A DNA stretch of 31,298 nt from an archaeon (GTDB lineage: Archaea > AGJL01 > Methanococci > Methanococcales > Methanocaldococcaceae). The stretch is taken from the NCBI GenBank assembly GCA_024278985.1, contig JAJRSC010000028.1:1-31298 (forward strand), in the 5' to 3' direction. A program made the translations under genes and the position numbers. Shown in pieces: positions 1 to 10,325 of this stretch. Each line of letters starts with the position of its first letter. Positions within the stretch are counted from its first letter, which is position 1. Below the pieces are notes generated by a model. It saw only the letters and a list, made by a program, of their open reading frames with translations. It was not told the DNA's origin and searched no databases.

Positions 1-33
1 AATTTTACGTATTTAGTATAATATCTCTTCTAA

Positions 34-99
34 TATATAACTTTTTCTATTATGTAATTTGTCAGGGGGTAGGTAATAGCTTTTATTTATAAACCTTTG
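34..99 (-). promoter_or_regulatory. Two leftward BRE/TATA-like archaeal promoter motifs in a >=420 bp non-coding region
   Basis: Minus strand reads CAAAGG-TTTATAAA (99-86) and GAAAAAG-TTATATA (47-34). The target lies outside the window. Confidence 0.4.
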
Positions 100-466
100 A
101 AGTTTTTAATTTATCTTTCTTTTTTGATTTTTTAATTTAAAAACTTTTTAATTTTGAAAATACGTTTTGTTTATTAGGGAAATTTTAATTTAAAAATAAT
201 TGTCAAAAATCTTTTAAAAATCTCGATAATTCACTACATCCAAATACTTAAAATAATTAAAATACGCGACCCTTGGAAAATTGATAAAAATCCTTAAAAT
301 CGAAAAATAACCGGTTAAAATCCTCTAAACTAAAAATAAAAAATTTTTAACGTAATAAATATTATAAATCATATTTTGGTTAGGACATATAATAATTTTA
401 GATAAGTTACTTTAAAATAGAATGCACAATAAAATTATTATATATAATATTATTGGGGGTTTTTTA

Positions 467-1111
467 ATGAAAGTTAAAGAATTGATGGATAAAAATTTTG
501 TAAAAATTTATGAAGATGATAAAGTTATAGATGTCATAAAAAAACTAAAAAAAAGATTTAGATTTTCTGCACCTGTTTTAGATAATCATGAAAAACTTGT
601 TGGATGGATAACATCATTAGATATTTTGGGCATATCTGAGAAGGAATTTAATGAAAATATTAGTAAATATATGTATCCTAAGAAAGAAGTTATTTATGTA
701 TATGAAGATGATGAAGCAAGAGAAGTAGTTTTAAAATTTGTTAAATATAAACTGGTTAGTATTCCTGTTTTATCAAGAGATGAAAAGGTTGTAGGTGTTG
801 TTAGAAGTTGTGATATTGTTAAAACTTTAGCTAAATTATATGAGATTCCTGTTTATAAGATATTTAAAGAATTACATAACTATCTTAAAGATGTGTCCTG
901 GGAAGAGTTAATGGAAGCAGCTGCAATAGTCACTAAAAAAACAACTGGAGAGGATATTTCTCCAAAAGAATATGAAGAAAGAATCAAAAAAACAACATTT
1001 GGTAAAGCTATATGGACATGTGGAGGCTTAGAGAAATTTTTTGTTGGTTTGGTTGAGATTGGTATGGTTGCACTTGCAAGAAGAGTTGCAAAGGCAAGAG
1101 GTAGAAAATGA
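467..1111 (+). CDS. CBS-domain pair protein
   Basis: MKVKELMDK.., APVLDNHEKLVGWITSLDI and IPVLSRDEKVVGVVRSCDI are two CBS motifs. ATG 467 follows a GGGGGT RBS-like run and is preferred over 422. Confidence 0.85.
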   Translation: MKVKELMDKNFVKIYEDDKVIDVIKKLKKRFRFSAPVLDNHEKLVGWITSLDILGISEKEFNENISKYMYPKKEVIYVYEDDEAREVVLKFVKYKLVSIPVLSRDEKVVGVVRSCDIVKTLAKLYEIPVYKIFKELHNYLKDVSWEELMEAAAIVTKKTTGEDISPKEYEERIKKTTFGKAIWTCGGLEKFFVGLVEIGMVALARRVAKARGRK

Positions 1112-1497
1112 TAGATATAGATAAGATAGCCTATAATAAAAATTATGATTTATGGAAATTTTTAGAAGTTGCTTATAATAAAAATATAAAGCTTGACTTA
1201 GGTCATTTTATAATTTTAAATTTATTAATTGGAATTAATAAGTTATATGAAGAATTATCTAAAAAATATGGAGAAGAAACAGCAAGAGAAATATTAGAAA
1301 AAAATCATATATTTATAAAAAATACTGATTATATTTCAGGAGAGTTTTTGAAAAGATATATTAAAAGAAACAGCAGAGTAGCAGTTCATAATAGAATTAA
1401 AGATTTAAAAAATTTAGGATTCTGTATATGTAGCAAATCTGGGAAATTTGGAGGATATAAGTTAATTAAATGCCCTGAATGGTTTAACTCATTATAA
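1108..1497 (+). CDS. Putative winged-helix (BirA-type HTH) DNA-binding protein
   Basis: ATGA overlap with the upstream gene. SRVAVHNRIKDLKNLGF..SKSGKFGGYKL resembles the BirA N-terminal HTH/wing. Confidence 0.55.
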   Translation: MIDIDKIAYNKNYDLWKFLEVAYNKNIKLDLGHFIILNLLIGINKLYEELSKKYGEETAREILEKNHIFIKNTDYISGEFLKRYIKRNSRVAVHNRIKDLKNLGFCICSKSGKFGGYKLIKCPEWFNSL

Positions 1498-1924
1498 CCA
1501 TTAGTAGAAAGATTATATTTAAGGTTAAGAGAATTAATAAAATATAACTTAAATTTTTAAGTTTATTAAGTTCATTAGACATATTTTCATAATTGTTACT
1601 TAATAAATACAATACTTTTTGGAAGTTTTTTAAGTGTGTATTGTATCTATAAAATGAGAATCTTCTTATATTAAATATTTTTAATTTAGCAATATCTTTT
1701 TTGAGTGAAAAGACATCCTTATTAATTTCATTTAAAGATTCATTAATTAGAGTTGCAGAGTTTAATGTATTTTTAGCCTCAAAAATATGAAAATCAACTT
1801 TATCTGATAAATCCCTAAGTTTTAATATTTTATTATCTAAATCATTATTTATTATATTAAAACCAAAATGAGTCTCTGCTACAAAAGTATTAATTTTTGA
1901 TATTATATCATCTACTTTACCCAT
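1484..1924 (-). CDS. Hypothetical coiled-coil protein with C-terminal membrane anchor
   Basis: ORF with hydrophobic C-terminus (YILLILLTLNIIFLLMVIMS). ATG 1924 follows GGGGTG. Confidence 0.65.
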   Translation of the reverse strand: MGKVDDIISKINTFVAETHFGFNIINNDLDNKILKLRDLSDKVDFHIFEAKNTLNSATLINESLNEINKDVFSLKKDIAKLKIFNIRRFSFYRYNTHLKNFQKVLYLLSNNYENMSNELNKLKNLSYILLILLTLNIIFLLMVIMS

Positions 1925-1963
1925 TACAAACACCCCACACAAATTTTACAATAAAATTAAAAA

Positions 1964-2458
1964 TTATTTTAAGGTATTTTCAATATCTAATAAAATCTCT
2001 TTAATTCTATCCTCAATACTTTCACACAAATCTTTAAGTTCTAACAACTTTCCTTTATTAAATTTTACAATTTCATTAATCTTTTCATATTCAATAGCAG
2101 CCATATTATATTTATCCTTATCAAGATTTTTAAGTTTTTCTATTGTTTCACATAATTTTATTATTGATTCTTCATTTTTTGTTATGCTTGATTCAAGATT
2201 ATTTACCATAAGTTTAACATTTTCCACAACTTTAGATATATTTTCAATATTCTCTAAAAATTTCTCTAATATTTCAGGATTTATATTTTCTCTTCTATCT
2301 CTAATTTCATAATATTTATTTTCTATAACTCTCATAGTATTTTCAATATTCTTAAGCACATCATATAGCTGAATTATTAACTTATTTATCTCTTCATTTC
2401 CTTTTCTAAAATCAATTGCACTATTTAACAATTTATTTATTGCATTATCAATTTCCAA
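1964..2458 (-). CDS. Hypothetical coiled-coil protein
   Basis: 164-aa E/K/N/I-rich heptad pattern. TTG start after GGTGA RBS. Confidence 0.7.
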   Translation of the reverse strand: MEIDNAINKLLNSAIDFRKGNEEINKLIIQLYDVLKNIENTMRVIENKYYEIRDRRENINPEILEKFLENIENISKVVENVKLMVNNLESSITKNEESIIKLCETIEKLKNLDKDKYNMAAIEYEKINEIVKFNKGKLLELKDLCESIEDRIKEILLDIENTLK

Positions 2459-2545
2459 GTTATCACCTACAAAGATACATAAATAATATATATAACTAAG
2501 TGACTTTATAAAATAGTTGTTATATAATATTAAGAGGTGATAATT

Positions 2546-2734
2546 TTGGCTGTAAAAATAGATTATAATTTATGTAAAGGTCCAGATTGTGCTGAATGTG
2601 TAAATAACTGCCCAATGGAAGTTTTTGAAATTGATGTAGATAAGGTTGTTGTAGCAAGAGAAGATGAATGTACATTTTGTGGAGTTTGTGAAGATGTTTG
2701 TCCAACAGGTGCTGTAAAAGTAGAATCTGACTAA
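2546..2734 (+). CDS. 2[4Fe-4S] ferredoxin
   Basis: [14 protein letters not shown] and [12 protein letters not shown] motifs. TTG 2546 follows GAGGTGA. Confidence 0.92.
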   Translation: MAVKIDYNLCKGPDCAECVNNCPMEVFEIDVDKVVVAREDECTFCGVCEDVCPTGAVKVESD

Positions 2735-2970
2735 TCTTTTTCTAATGCTTTAAAAACTTCTTCCCATGCTTCTAAACTTAATTTTGCATCTTCTTCACTC
2801 ATCTTTTCTATTGCATATCCTGCATGGATTAGTATATAATCCCCTACTTTTACATCTTCTAACAATGTTAATTTTGCTTTTTGTTTAACTCCTTTATATT
2901 CTGCTATTGCATATTTCTCATTATCTTCTTCAATAATCTCAACAACTTTACATGGAATTGCCAAGCACAT
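2731..2970 (-). CDS. hypC: Hydrogenase maturation chaperone HypC/HupF
   Basis: MCLAIP N-terminus and [13 protein letters not shown] motif. Confidence 0.95.
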   Translation of the reverse strand: MCLAIPCKVVEIIEEDNEKYAIAEYKGVKQKAKLTLLEDVKVGDYILIHAGYAIEKMSEEDAKLSLEAWEEVFKALEKD

Positions 2971-2979
2971 ATTTCCACC

Positions 2980-3444
2980 TTATATATGATTTTTTATAAA
3001 AACTAATGTTATTACTACAATTGTATGCCTCAACAATCTACTAATAAATATAGCTAAAATATATCTATTGAATGGCATTTCAAAACTTGCACATACCCAA
3101 CAAATAATTTCAAAGGGTATAGGGGTAAAACTTGCTATTATTACTCCCAAAATTCCCCATTTTTTTAAAAATTCTCTACCTTTAATAATTTTTTTTTCAT
3201 CAAATAATTTATACATTAATTTTTCTCCAAACTTAATTCCTAAGAAATATGTTACCATTCCTCCTAAAACACTCCCTAATGTTGATACAACTATTATTAA
3301 TTTCCAATCTAATCCTAACATAATTCCTATAGTTATAAATATTTCTACTGGAAAAGGTTGGAATATAGGTTCTGTGAATCCAATTATAAATATTCCCAAA
3401 TATCCATATTTATTAATTAATTCTATAAAAAACTCTTTTAACAT
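2980..3444 (-). CDS. YqaA/DedA (VTT-domain) membrane protein
   Basis: FTEPIFQPFPVE, GSVLGGMVTYFLG and FTPIPF motifs; hydrophobic. Confidence 0.85.
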   Translation of the reverse strand: MLKEFFIELINKYGYLGIFIIGFTEPIFQPFPVEIFITIGIMLGLDWKLIIVVSTLGSVLGGMVTYFLGIKFGEKLMYKLFDEKKIIKGREFLKKWGILGVIIASFTPIPFEIICWVCASFEMPFNRYILAIFISRLLRHTIVVITLVFIKNHI

Positions 3445-4461
3445 TTAAATTCCCGAACGGTTTTTAGAATATTTTTTTAATTTTTCTTTTAAATATTTTT
3501 TTAATTCATCAAGATTAATCTCCTTATCTGCAGATATTTCAATAATCTCAAAATCTTTTAATTTTTCTTTTATATCCATTAATTTTTCTTTATCAGATAT
3601 GTCTATTTTATTTAAAACAACAACAATAGGAATTTTAAAGAGATTTTTTATTTCATTTAATAAATTTATTTGCTCTTCAATAGTATAACCACAGAACTCA
3701 CTAACATCCAATATAAATAAAATTAAATCTGCTAAATAGTTTAATGCCAATATTGCCTGAAGTTCAATATCATTTCTTTCATATAATGGTCTGTCCAACA
3801 AACCAGGAGTGTCTATAATTTGAATATCTCCATAATGTCCTACATTTATACCTTTTGTTGTAAATGGATAACTATTTATTTCTACATCAGCCCCAGTAAG
3901 TTTTTTTAATAGTGTTGATTTACCAACATTTGGATATCCTGCCAATACAATAGTAAAAGTGTCTTTAAAAGTTGGAAGTTCCTTTAATTTTTCTCTTGCC
4001 ACTGATAAGAATCCTAATTCTGGCTCTATTTGTTTTAAAATTGATTTAGCTCTACCAATAAATTCCTTTCTAATTTTTGCAGCTTCTTCTGGATTTTTGG
4101 TTCTTCTAATTTTTTTAGCATACTCATTTCCTAACTTTCTTATTAACTCAGAAGCCCATTTTAAAGCACCCATACATTTTTTAAATTCATCTATCCCTAC
4201 TAAAACCTCAACCATTTCCTGATAAAACTTAGGCAGTTTCCTAACTGGTGGAGTTTTATCAATTATCTTTTGTAGATTATCAGCTATTACAGAGGCAACA
4301 GTCCTAACTTTATGTTCTTCAACAGCTCTAGCTTTTAAGAGCCAAGGTAATTCTTTTTTTCTCATTTCTTCAGCTACTTTTTCTCCTCTTCTTAAAGCTT
4401 TATCCATTAACTCTTCTGGGAGTGGAATAGTTGGAATTTTTTTAAAAGGATTCTGTTTCAT
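3445..4461 (-). CDS. NOG1-family GTP-binding protein
   Basis: GYPNVGKS, YPFTT, DTPGLLDRP and NKID motifs, with an N-terminal helical domain. Confidence 0.93.
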   Translation of the reverse strand: MKQNPFKKIPTIPLPEELMDKALRRGEKVAEEMRKKELPWLLKARAVEEHKVRTVASVIADNLQKIIDKTPPVRKLPKFYQEMVEVLVGIDEFKKCMGALKWASELIRKLGNEYAKKIRRTKNPEEAAKIRKEFIGRAKSILKQIEPELGFLSVAREKLKELPTFKDTFTIVLAGYPNVGKSTLLKKLTGADVEINSYPFTTKGINVGHYGDIQIIDTPGLLDRPLYERNDIELQAILALNYLADLILFILDVSEFCGYTIEEQINLLNEIKNLFKIPIVVVLNKIDISDKEKLMDIKEKLKDFEIIEISADKEINLDELKKYLKEKLKKYSKNRSGI

Positions 4462-5468
4462 TCTCTCACCAAATTAACAATTTTGTTTATTTTTTTTAAC
4501 CCTTTTTTAAATTCATCTAAATCTAAAAATTCATTTTTAGTATGGGCTAATTCTAATTTACCAACACCAAAAATTATTGTTTTTGCTCTTAAAAACTTAT
4601 TAAAAAAATATGCCTCACAAGTAGCATTAAAAAAAGATATCTTTCCAATATTTTCTAATTTTTTTATAAGATTTTTATCATTTAATAAATAAAAATCTGA
4701 GTAAAATCTATTAGGATTTAAATAAATCTCACACTTATAATTTTTTAAGAAGTTTTTAATTTTTTTAATAATATCATTTTCTACACTCCTGACATCAAAT
4801 AAAACCTCAGCTTCTGGAGGGATAACATTACTTTCTAAGCCTCCACTTATTAATGTTGGAGTTATAGAACTTGAGTATTTTTTATCTATCACTATACTAT
4901 TTAAGGGTAGGTTTTTTATATCTAATATTATTTTGGCTAATTCTTCAATTGGATTATCTCCAGGAATTGATGAATGTCTTGGAGCTGTTCTACTCTTAAC
5001 TATAACCTCAAATCTTCCCTTATGACCAATACAAATATTTAAATCTGTTGGCTCTCCAACAATACAAAATATTTCTTTATTTATTTTATTCTTGAACTTC
5101 TGGCAAAAATTATAAACTCCTGAAGAATTTTTTTCTTCATCAGGGGAAATAACTAAAATAGAATTATCATTATTTAAAAAAGTATTTATAAGAAGAACTA
5201 TATTTCCCTTTGCATCTATTGACCCAGTACCATATATTTTATTATCCTCTATTTTTATAGGCGTCTGGAATTTAACAGTATCAATATGAGAATTTAATAT
5301 TAAATCAAAATCTTTATTTCTATATGCAACAAAACAATTTTCAATAATTTTATTTTTTATATTTAAAGAATCAAAATAATTTTTCAAAAATTTAAATGCT
5401 CTTTTAACACCAACAGGATTGTCAGTTTTAATTTTTAATAACTCAATTAATAAATCTATGTTATTCAT
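4458..5468 (-). CDS. M20 family metallopeptidase/deacylase (ArgE/DapE-like)
   Basis: [23 protein letters not shown] and AHTKNE motifs. Start taken at ATG 5468. Confidence 0.88.
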   Translation of the reverse strand: MNNIDLLIELLKIKTDNPVGVKRAFKFLKNYFDSLNIKNKIIENCFVAYRNKDFDLILNSHIDTVKFQTPIKIEDNKIYGTGSIDAKGNIVLLINTFLNNDNSILVISPDEEKNSSGVYNFCQKFKNKINKEIFCIVGEPTDLNICIGHKGRFEVIVKSRTAPRHSSIPGDNPIEELAKIILDIKNLPLNSIVIDKKYSSSITPTLISGGLESNVIPPEAEVLFDVRSVENDIIKKIKNFLKNYKCEIYLNPNRFYSDFYLLNDKNLIKKLENIGKISFFNATCEAYFFNKFLRAKTIIFGVGKLELAHTKNEFLDLDEFKKGLKKINKIVNLVRE

Positions 5469-5787
5469 AAAATTCAACCTTTTTACCAATATATTTACTT
5501 AAATCAATGTTTTTACTTTTAAATTCTAACATCATATTAGAATATTCCTTACATTTGTAAATTTCCCATGGATTCATTCTAACAGCATCAACCACTTTAT
5601 TATCATATATAAAGAATATATCAATAGGATAAAAAACAAAAAATGTATGAACCCTTATTTTTCTTTTATTATATTTAAATAATAAAGCTTTATCTCCTAT
5701 ATCTCTAAACATTAAACCAAAAGCTCTTTTAATAAAGTTATCAGCAATTTCTACATTAAACTTTAAATTATCAATTTTAACTATCAT
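5461..5787 (-). CDS. DUF192 family protein
   Basis: [17 protein letters not shown] and [13 protein letters not shown] motifs. Confidence 0.8.
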   Translation of the reverse strand: MIVKIDNLKFNVEIADNFIKRAFGLMFRDIGDKALLFKYNKRKIRVHTFFVFYPIDIFFIYDNKVVDAVRMNPWEIYKCKEYSNMMLEFKSKNIDLSKYIGKKVEFYE

Positions 5788-6604
5788 TATTTCCCTTTTT
5801 ATTGTATGGAACAGGAATATAATAAACAGATGGTTTTGACCCCATTGGTTGAGGATAGAGTTCTAATAATTTATAAACCTTTTTTGGAACATTTGTATTT
5901 ATTTCAATTCCAAGCTCTTTAAGTTTTTTAACAGTTAGAGGATAATCATGGGTCCATCTACCTTCAGTTAATATCTTAGCAAGTTTTTTAGCTTTTTCTT
6001 CTTCATACTTATCTTTTAATAAATTATAAACAAAGTCTTCCATCTGTTTTATTGCTTTTTGAGCTATATCAACTAAAATAAGTGTTTCATCATTTAATTT
6101 TTCTCCTTTTTTGTAGTAACTCTCTAAAATAGAAGCTGCTGGATATTGACCAAGTTGAGGGTCAACTGGCCCAAGAACAGCATTTTTGTCCATAATTATC
6201 TCATCTGCTGCTAAAGCTATTAAGGTTCCTCCACTCATTGCATAGTGAGGAATAATAACTGTTGTTTTTGCCTTATGTTCTTTTAAGGCCAAAGCAATCT
6301 GTTCTGCTGCTAAAGCAATACCTCCAGGAGTGTGAATTATTAAATCAATAGGCATATCATCAGGAGTTAATCTAATAGCCCTTAAAATTTCTTCACTATC
6401 TTCAATAGTTATATATCTATAAATTGGGATTCCAAACAATGATAAAACTTCCTGTCTATGTATCATGGCAATAACTCTACTTTTTCTTTCTTTTTCTAAC
6501 TCTCTTATACACCTCAATCTTCTCATTATTCTATATCTCATCATCATCTCAGGATACAAAAAGATAAGAAAGAAAAATATAAAAAATAAAAAGTCAAAAC
6601 TCAT
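5777..6604 (-). CDS. SDH-family ClpP-fold serine protease
   Basis: [32 protein letters not shown] and WTHDYP motifs, plus an N-terminal TM helix. Confidence 0.88.
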   Translation of the reverse strand: MSFDFLFFIFFFLIFLYPEMMMRYRIMRRLRCIRELEKERKSRVIAMIHRQEVLSLFGIPIYRYITIEDSEEILRAIRLTPDDMPIDLIIHTPGGIALAAEQIALALKEHKAKTTVIIPHYAMSGGTLIALAADEIIMDKNAVLGPVDPQLGQYPAASILESYYKKGEKLNDETLILVDIAQKAIKQMEDFVYNLLKDKYEEEKAKKLAKILTEGRWTHDYPLTVKKLKELGIEINTNVPKKVYKLLELYPQPMGSKPSVYYIPVPYNKKGNNDS

Positions 6605-6713
6605 ATTTTCCCCCAAAGTATTATTTTAAGGTAGTATTTTATTATAAGTAAAAATATTTAAATTTTGACAAAAGAAAAATATATATAAAGTAAAACAAAA
6701 TAATATTAATATA

Positions 6714-6783
6714 TTAACCCTACTCCATAGTGAGTAGGGTGTATCTTTATTTTAACTGCACCCCATAGTGGGTGCAGTGTATC
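6714..6783. repeat. Two tandem 32-bp palindromic units (period 38) with 9-bp stems and an identical CATAGT loop
   Basis: TTA-ACCCTACTC-CATAGT-GAGTAGGGT-GTATC (6714-6745) and TTA-ACTGCACCC-CATAGT-GGGTGCAGT-GTATC (6752-6783). Confidence 0.9.
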
Positions 6784-6784
6784 C

Positions 6785-8479
6785 TTACATCTCAACAGGA
6801 TAGCCTCTTTTTTTCCAAGCTTCTAAACCACCATCTAAGTTATAAACTTCATATCCATGCTCTTTGAGAATTCTATATGCAGAGGGACTGGTAAATCCTA
6901 ATTTACAATATACTATAATCTTTTTATCTTTAGGAACTTCATGAATTCTATCCTTTAATTCATCTATTGGGATATATATAGAGCCTGGTATTTTACCAGA
7001 ATATTTTGATTTTGGAACTACATTGATAAATAAATATTGATTATCATTAAGTTTTTTATATGCCTCATCTACAGATATTGATTTATATGTTTTTATTTTC
7101 ATTATATTATCTCTAACAGATTTAGAAACTTTTATTAATCTTGAAATAACTTTTTCAATTTCAGATATTGCTTTTCTTTCTTCTTCAGTTATAGCTGATA
7201 ACTCTTCTGCAGTTGCTGTGAATTCTTCAGCAATTGATGCAGTGTCTTGAACTTCTCTTAAAACTTTATCCATTGATTCAATAGTTTCATCAGCTGACTC
7301 TTTTATTGTTTTAATTTTCTCTAAGATTTTATTTATATCATCTTTAATCTCTAAGAATGTCTTATTAACATCATCTATTGCTATAACACCATTTTCTACT
7401 TCAGTTTTTCCAAGATTTCCTAAATTAATAGTCTTTTCTACTTGAGTGCTTATTTCCTCAATAATATTATTTATTTTTGATATAGACCTATTAATCTCCT
7501 CAGCTAAACCTTTAATCTCTGTTGCTACAACAGCAAAACCTTTTCCAACGTCTCCAGCTCTTGCCGCTTCTATAGATGCATTTAAAGCTAATAAACCTGT
7601 TTGTTTTGCAATATCTCTAATAAGTGTAGTGACTTCATTTATCATTTTAGATTTTTCTCCCAATTCTACTATAGCTTTACTTAGATTTTCAATAATATCA
7701 GAAATATTATTCATAACCTCAACAGCTCTCTCAACTTTTTTACTACCTTCATCAGCTTTTTCATTAACTTTTATTGCAAATTCATAACCTTCAGTAGATA
7801 AATTATTTGTTTTAATAGCAATCTCTCTGGTTTCTTCTACTTCACTACTTATATCTTGTAATTTATTAGATTGTTCTGCAGCAGCATTAGCAACTTCTTG
7901 AGCAGAGTCAGATATTTGTTCTATAGCCTCTTTGGCTTTGTTTGTTTCTCTCTTTAAAATGTCTATTTGTGCATTTAATTCTAAAACTTCAACTCTAATA
8001 TTTTCAATTATTTCAGAGACTCTTTCAATAGCTTTATTAAACATTTTTTGGAATCTATTTCTTTTTCTATTTTCATTTAATCTAACAGAAAAATCACCTT
8101 CAGCAAGTTTCTCAAGAGCTTGCATAGCTTCTTTAATTGTTTCTGAGATTTCTTTTGTAATTTCTTTCATTTTTTTATCTTTTTCCTTAAATTCTTCTAA
8201 AATTTTAATAAGTTTATTTAATAACTCTCCAAATTCTTTATTAATTTTTATATTCTCAATTTTTTCATTTTCTAAGTATTTATCAATCAGAACTGTTAAA
8301 TTGTTAATATTATGTATAATAACTTTCTCAATAATATATGCTGATATTAGAGATGTAATAATAATAACAACTATAGAAATAAAGAAATTTCCAAAAAAAT
8401 GTATTATAAACACACTTAATATATTTAATAAAAAAATAATCAAAAATGCAATATATAAAATCCTAATAGATGAAATCAT
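6785..8479 (-). CDS. Methyl-accepting chemotaxis protein with C-terminal rhodanese domain
   Basis: Two N-terminal TM helices, HAMP-like [13 protein letters not shown], and MCP tip [39 protein letters not shown]-terminal [31 protein letters not shown] is rhodanese-like. Confidence 0.92.
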   Translation of the reverse strand: MISSIRILYIAFLIIFLLNILSVFIIHFFGNFFISIVVIIITSLISAYIIEKVIIHNINNLTVLIDKYLENEKIENIKINKEFGELLNKLIKILEEFKEKDKKMKEITKEISETIKEAMQALEKLAEGDFSVRLNENRKRNRFQKMFNKAIERVSEIIENIRVEVLELNAQIDILKRETNKAKEAIEQISDSAQEVANAAAEQSNKLQDISSEVEETREIAIKTNNLSTEGYEFAIKVNEKADEGSKKVERAVEVMNNISDIIENLSKAIVELGEKSKMINEVTTLIRDIAKQTGLLALNASIEAARAGDVGKGFAVVATEIKGLAEEINRSISKINNIIEEISTQVEKTINLGNLGKTEVENGVIAIDDVNKTFLEIKDDINKILEKIKTIKESADETIESMDKVLREVQDTASIAEEFTATAEELSAITEEERKAISEIEKVISRLIKVSKSVRDNIMKIKTYKSISVDEAYKKLNDNQYLFINVVPKSKYSGKIPGSIYIPIDELKDRIHEVPKDKKIIVYCKLGFTSPSAYRILKEHGYEVYNLDGGLEAWKKRGYPVEM

Positions 8480-8637
8480 AACCCCCACACATTAAATATT
8501 GTTATTAATATCTATAATGATTTTTTTATAAGGTATTGTTTATTATATAGTATGATAATATAAGTAATAATATAAAAATTATTACTATACAATAGATATT
8601 ATTAATGATAATAAAAAATTTTTAAGTTGTGAGAATT

Positions 8638-8925
8638 ATGACTAAAAAAAAGATAGACAAATTATATTTAAAAATATATTTTGATGGAGGAGAAATATTA
8701 GAAGGATTTTATGATTTTGATTCCATAACTCTATTAAAAAATAGTTTTTTAAAATATCTATGGACAGGAAAAAAAGATGCTGTTATAGTTTGGAATATTG
8801 AAGAAAAAAAATTTTCTATAATAAACTTGGATAAAGTAGCATCTATTTATGTAGAAGGTTCTTTAATGTTCTTGGATGATATTCCTGAAAAAAGAATGGG
8901 TTCTCTTAGAGAAATAAATGAATAA
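8638..8925 (+). CDS. Hypothetical protein upstream of KaiC-like ATPase
   Basis: ORF with host-like codon usage. ATG 8638 (GTG 8629 is an alternative start). Confidence 0.65.
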   Translation: MTKKKIDKLYLKIYFDGGEILEGFYDFDSITLLKNSFLKYLWTGKKDAVIVWNIEEKKFSIINLDKVASIYVEGSLMFLDDIPEKRMGSLREINE

Positions 8926-8961
8926 AAAATAAAAATAAAAAATAAAAATTGGTGATTATTT

Positions 8962-9690
8962 ATGAAAAGAGTAAAAACTGGAATCCCTGGAATGGATGAT
9001 ATCTTACATGGAGGAATTCCTGAGAGAAATGTTGTCCTTCTTTCTGGAGGGCCAGGTACTGGAAAATCTATATTCTGTCAACAGTTTTTATATAAGGGAG
9101 CAAGTGAATATAACGAACCATCTATATTAATAGCCTTGGAAGAGCATCCAGTCCAAATAAGAGAAAATATGAAACAATTTGGTTGGGATGTTAAAAAGTT
9201 AGAAGAAGAGGGCAAGTTTGCAATAATTGATGCCTTTACATATGGTATTGGTAGTTCTGCAAGAAGAGAGAAGTATGTAGTTATTGACCCAACAGATGAG
9301 AGGGAATTAATAGATGTTTTAAAAGAGGCTATAAATGATATTGGGGCCAAAAGAATAGGTATAGATTCAGTTACAACTTTATATTTAAATAAGCCAATGA
9401 TGGCAAGAAAAACAGTTTTCCTATTAAAAAGAGTAATAGCAGGTTTAGGATGTACTGCAGTATTTACATCTCAAATTTCTGTTGGAGAAAGAGGTTTTGG
9501 AGGGCCTGGAGTAGAGCATGCTGTTGATGGTATTATTAGATTGGATTTAGATGAGATAGATGGAGAACTAAAAAGAAGTTTAATTGTCTGGAAAATGAGA
9601 GGAACATCTCACTCTATGAAAAGGCATCCATTTGATATAACAGATAAGGGTATTATTGTATATCCAGACAAAGTTTTAAAACTTAGATGA
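8962..9690 (+). CDS. KaiC-like / RecA-superfamily ATPase (single domain)
   Basis: KTGIPGMD, Walker [14 protein letters not shown] and KMRGTSH motifs; GGTGA RBS. Confidence 0.92.
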   Translation: MKRVKTGIPGMDDILHGGIPERNVVLLSGGPGTGKSIFCQQFLYKGASEYNEPSILIALEEHPVQIRENMKQFGWDVKKLEEEGKFAIIDAFTYGIGSSARREKYVVIDPTDERELIDVLKEAINDIGAKRIGIDSVTTLYLNKPMMARKTVFLLKRVIAGLGCTAVFTSQISVGERGFGGPGVEHAVDGIIRLDLDEIDGELKRSLIVWKMRGTSHSMKRHPFDITDKGIIVYPDKVLKLR

Positions 9691-10253
9691 GTGAGATATT
9701 GATAGCTATAATTAACAATGGAGGCCAGTATGTTCATAGAATATACAGAAGCTTAAGATATTTAAAGGTAGATGCAAAAATCTTACCCAATACAATAACA
9801 ATAGAGGAATTAAAAGGTTATAAAGGAGTTATATTTAGTGGAGGTCCTGATATAGAGAAAGCTAAAAATTGCATTGATTTAATATTAAATTTAGATGTTC
9901 CAATTTTAGGGATATGCTTAGGTCATCAATTAATAGCTTTAGCTTTTGGAGGAAAGATTGGAAAAGCTGATAAAGAGGAATATGCCTTAACAAAGATATA
10001 TGTGGATAATGAAGATGACATATTCTTAGGAATTCCTAAAGAATTTAATGCCTGGGCATCTCATAAAGATGAAGTAAAAGAACTTCCAAAAGACTTTATA
10101 ATTTTGGCACATTCTGATATCTGCAAAATTGAAGCAATGAAACATAAATCAAAACCTATATATGGAGTTCAATTCCACCCAGAAGTTGCTCATACTGAAT
10201 ATGGTAGTGAGATTTTAAAAAACTTTTGTAAGGTTTGTAATATAATGCGATGA
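9687..10253 (+). CDS. guaA: GMP synthase glutamine amidotransferase subunit A
   Basis: [21 protein letters not shown] and GVQFHPEV motifs. Confidence 0.93.
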   Translation: MSEILIAIINNGGQYVHRIYRSLRYLKVDAKILPNTITIEELKGYKGVIFSGGPDIEKAKNCIDLILNLDVPILGICLGHQLIALAFGGKIGKADKEEYALTKIYVDNEDDIFLGIPKEFNAWASHKDEVKELPKDFIILAHSDICKIEAMKHKSKPIYGVQFHPEVAHTEYGSEILKNFCKVCNIMR

Positions 10254-10304
10254 TGAAAGGGTTATAGGCTGAATTTTGATGAGACCTGGGACAGCTGAGC
10301 ATTA
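10243..10304 (+). ncRNA. Archaeal box C/D methylation-guide sRNA
   Basis: C box ATGATGA 10250-10256, 12-nt guide, D' CTGA 10269-10272, C' TTGATGA 10276-10282, 12-nt guide, D CTGA 10295-10298, and terminal stem TAATGC/GCATTA. Confidence 0.93.
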
Positions 10305-10325
10305 CTATCTATTTTAGGTGAAACT

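Noticed and set aside
6241-6250. Third CATAGT-GAG occurrence resembling the hairpin loop
   Set aside because: It lies inside the protease CDS (PHYA codons), with no 9-bp stem and no GTATC flank.
6714-6783. Mini CRISPR array or SECIS interpretation of the twin hairpins
   Set aside because: The units are separated by only 6 nt, vary in the stem rather than in a spacer, and lack the GAA/A internal loop.
8920-8949. AATAAAA-type short tandem repeat
   Set aside because: Low-complexity A-rich spacer, expected in a genome this AT-rich.
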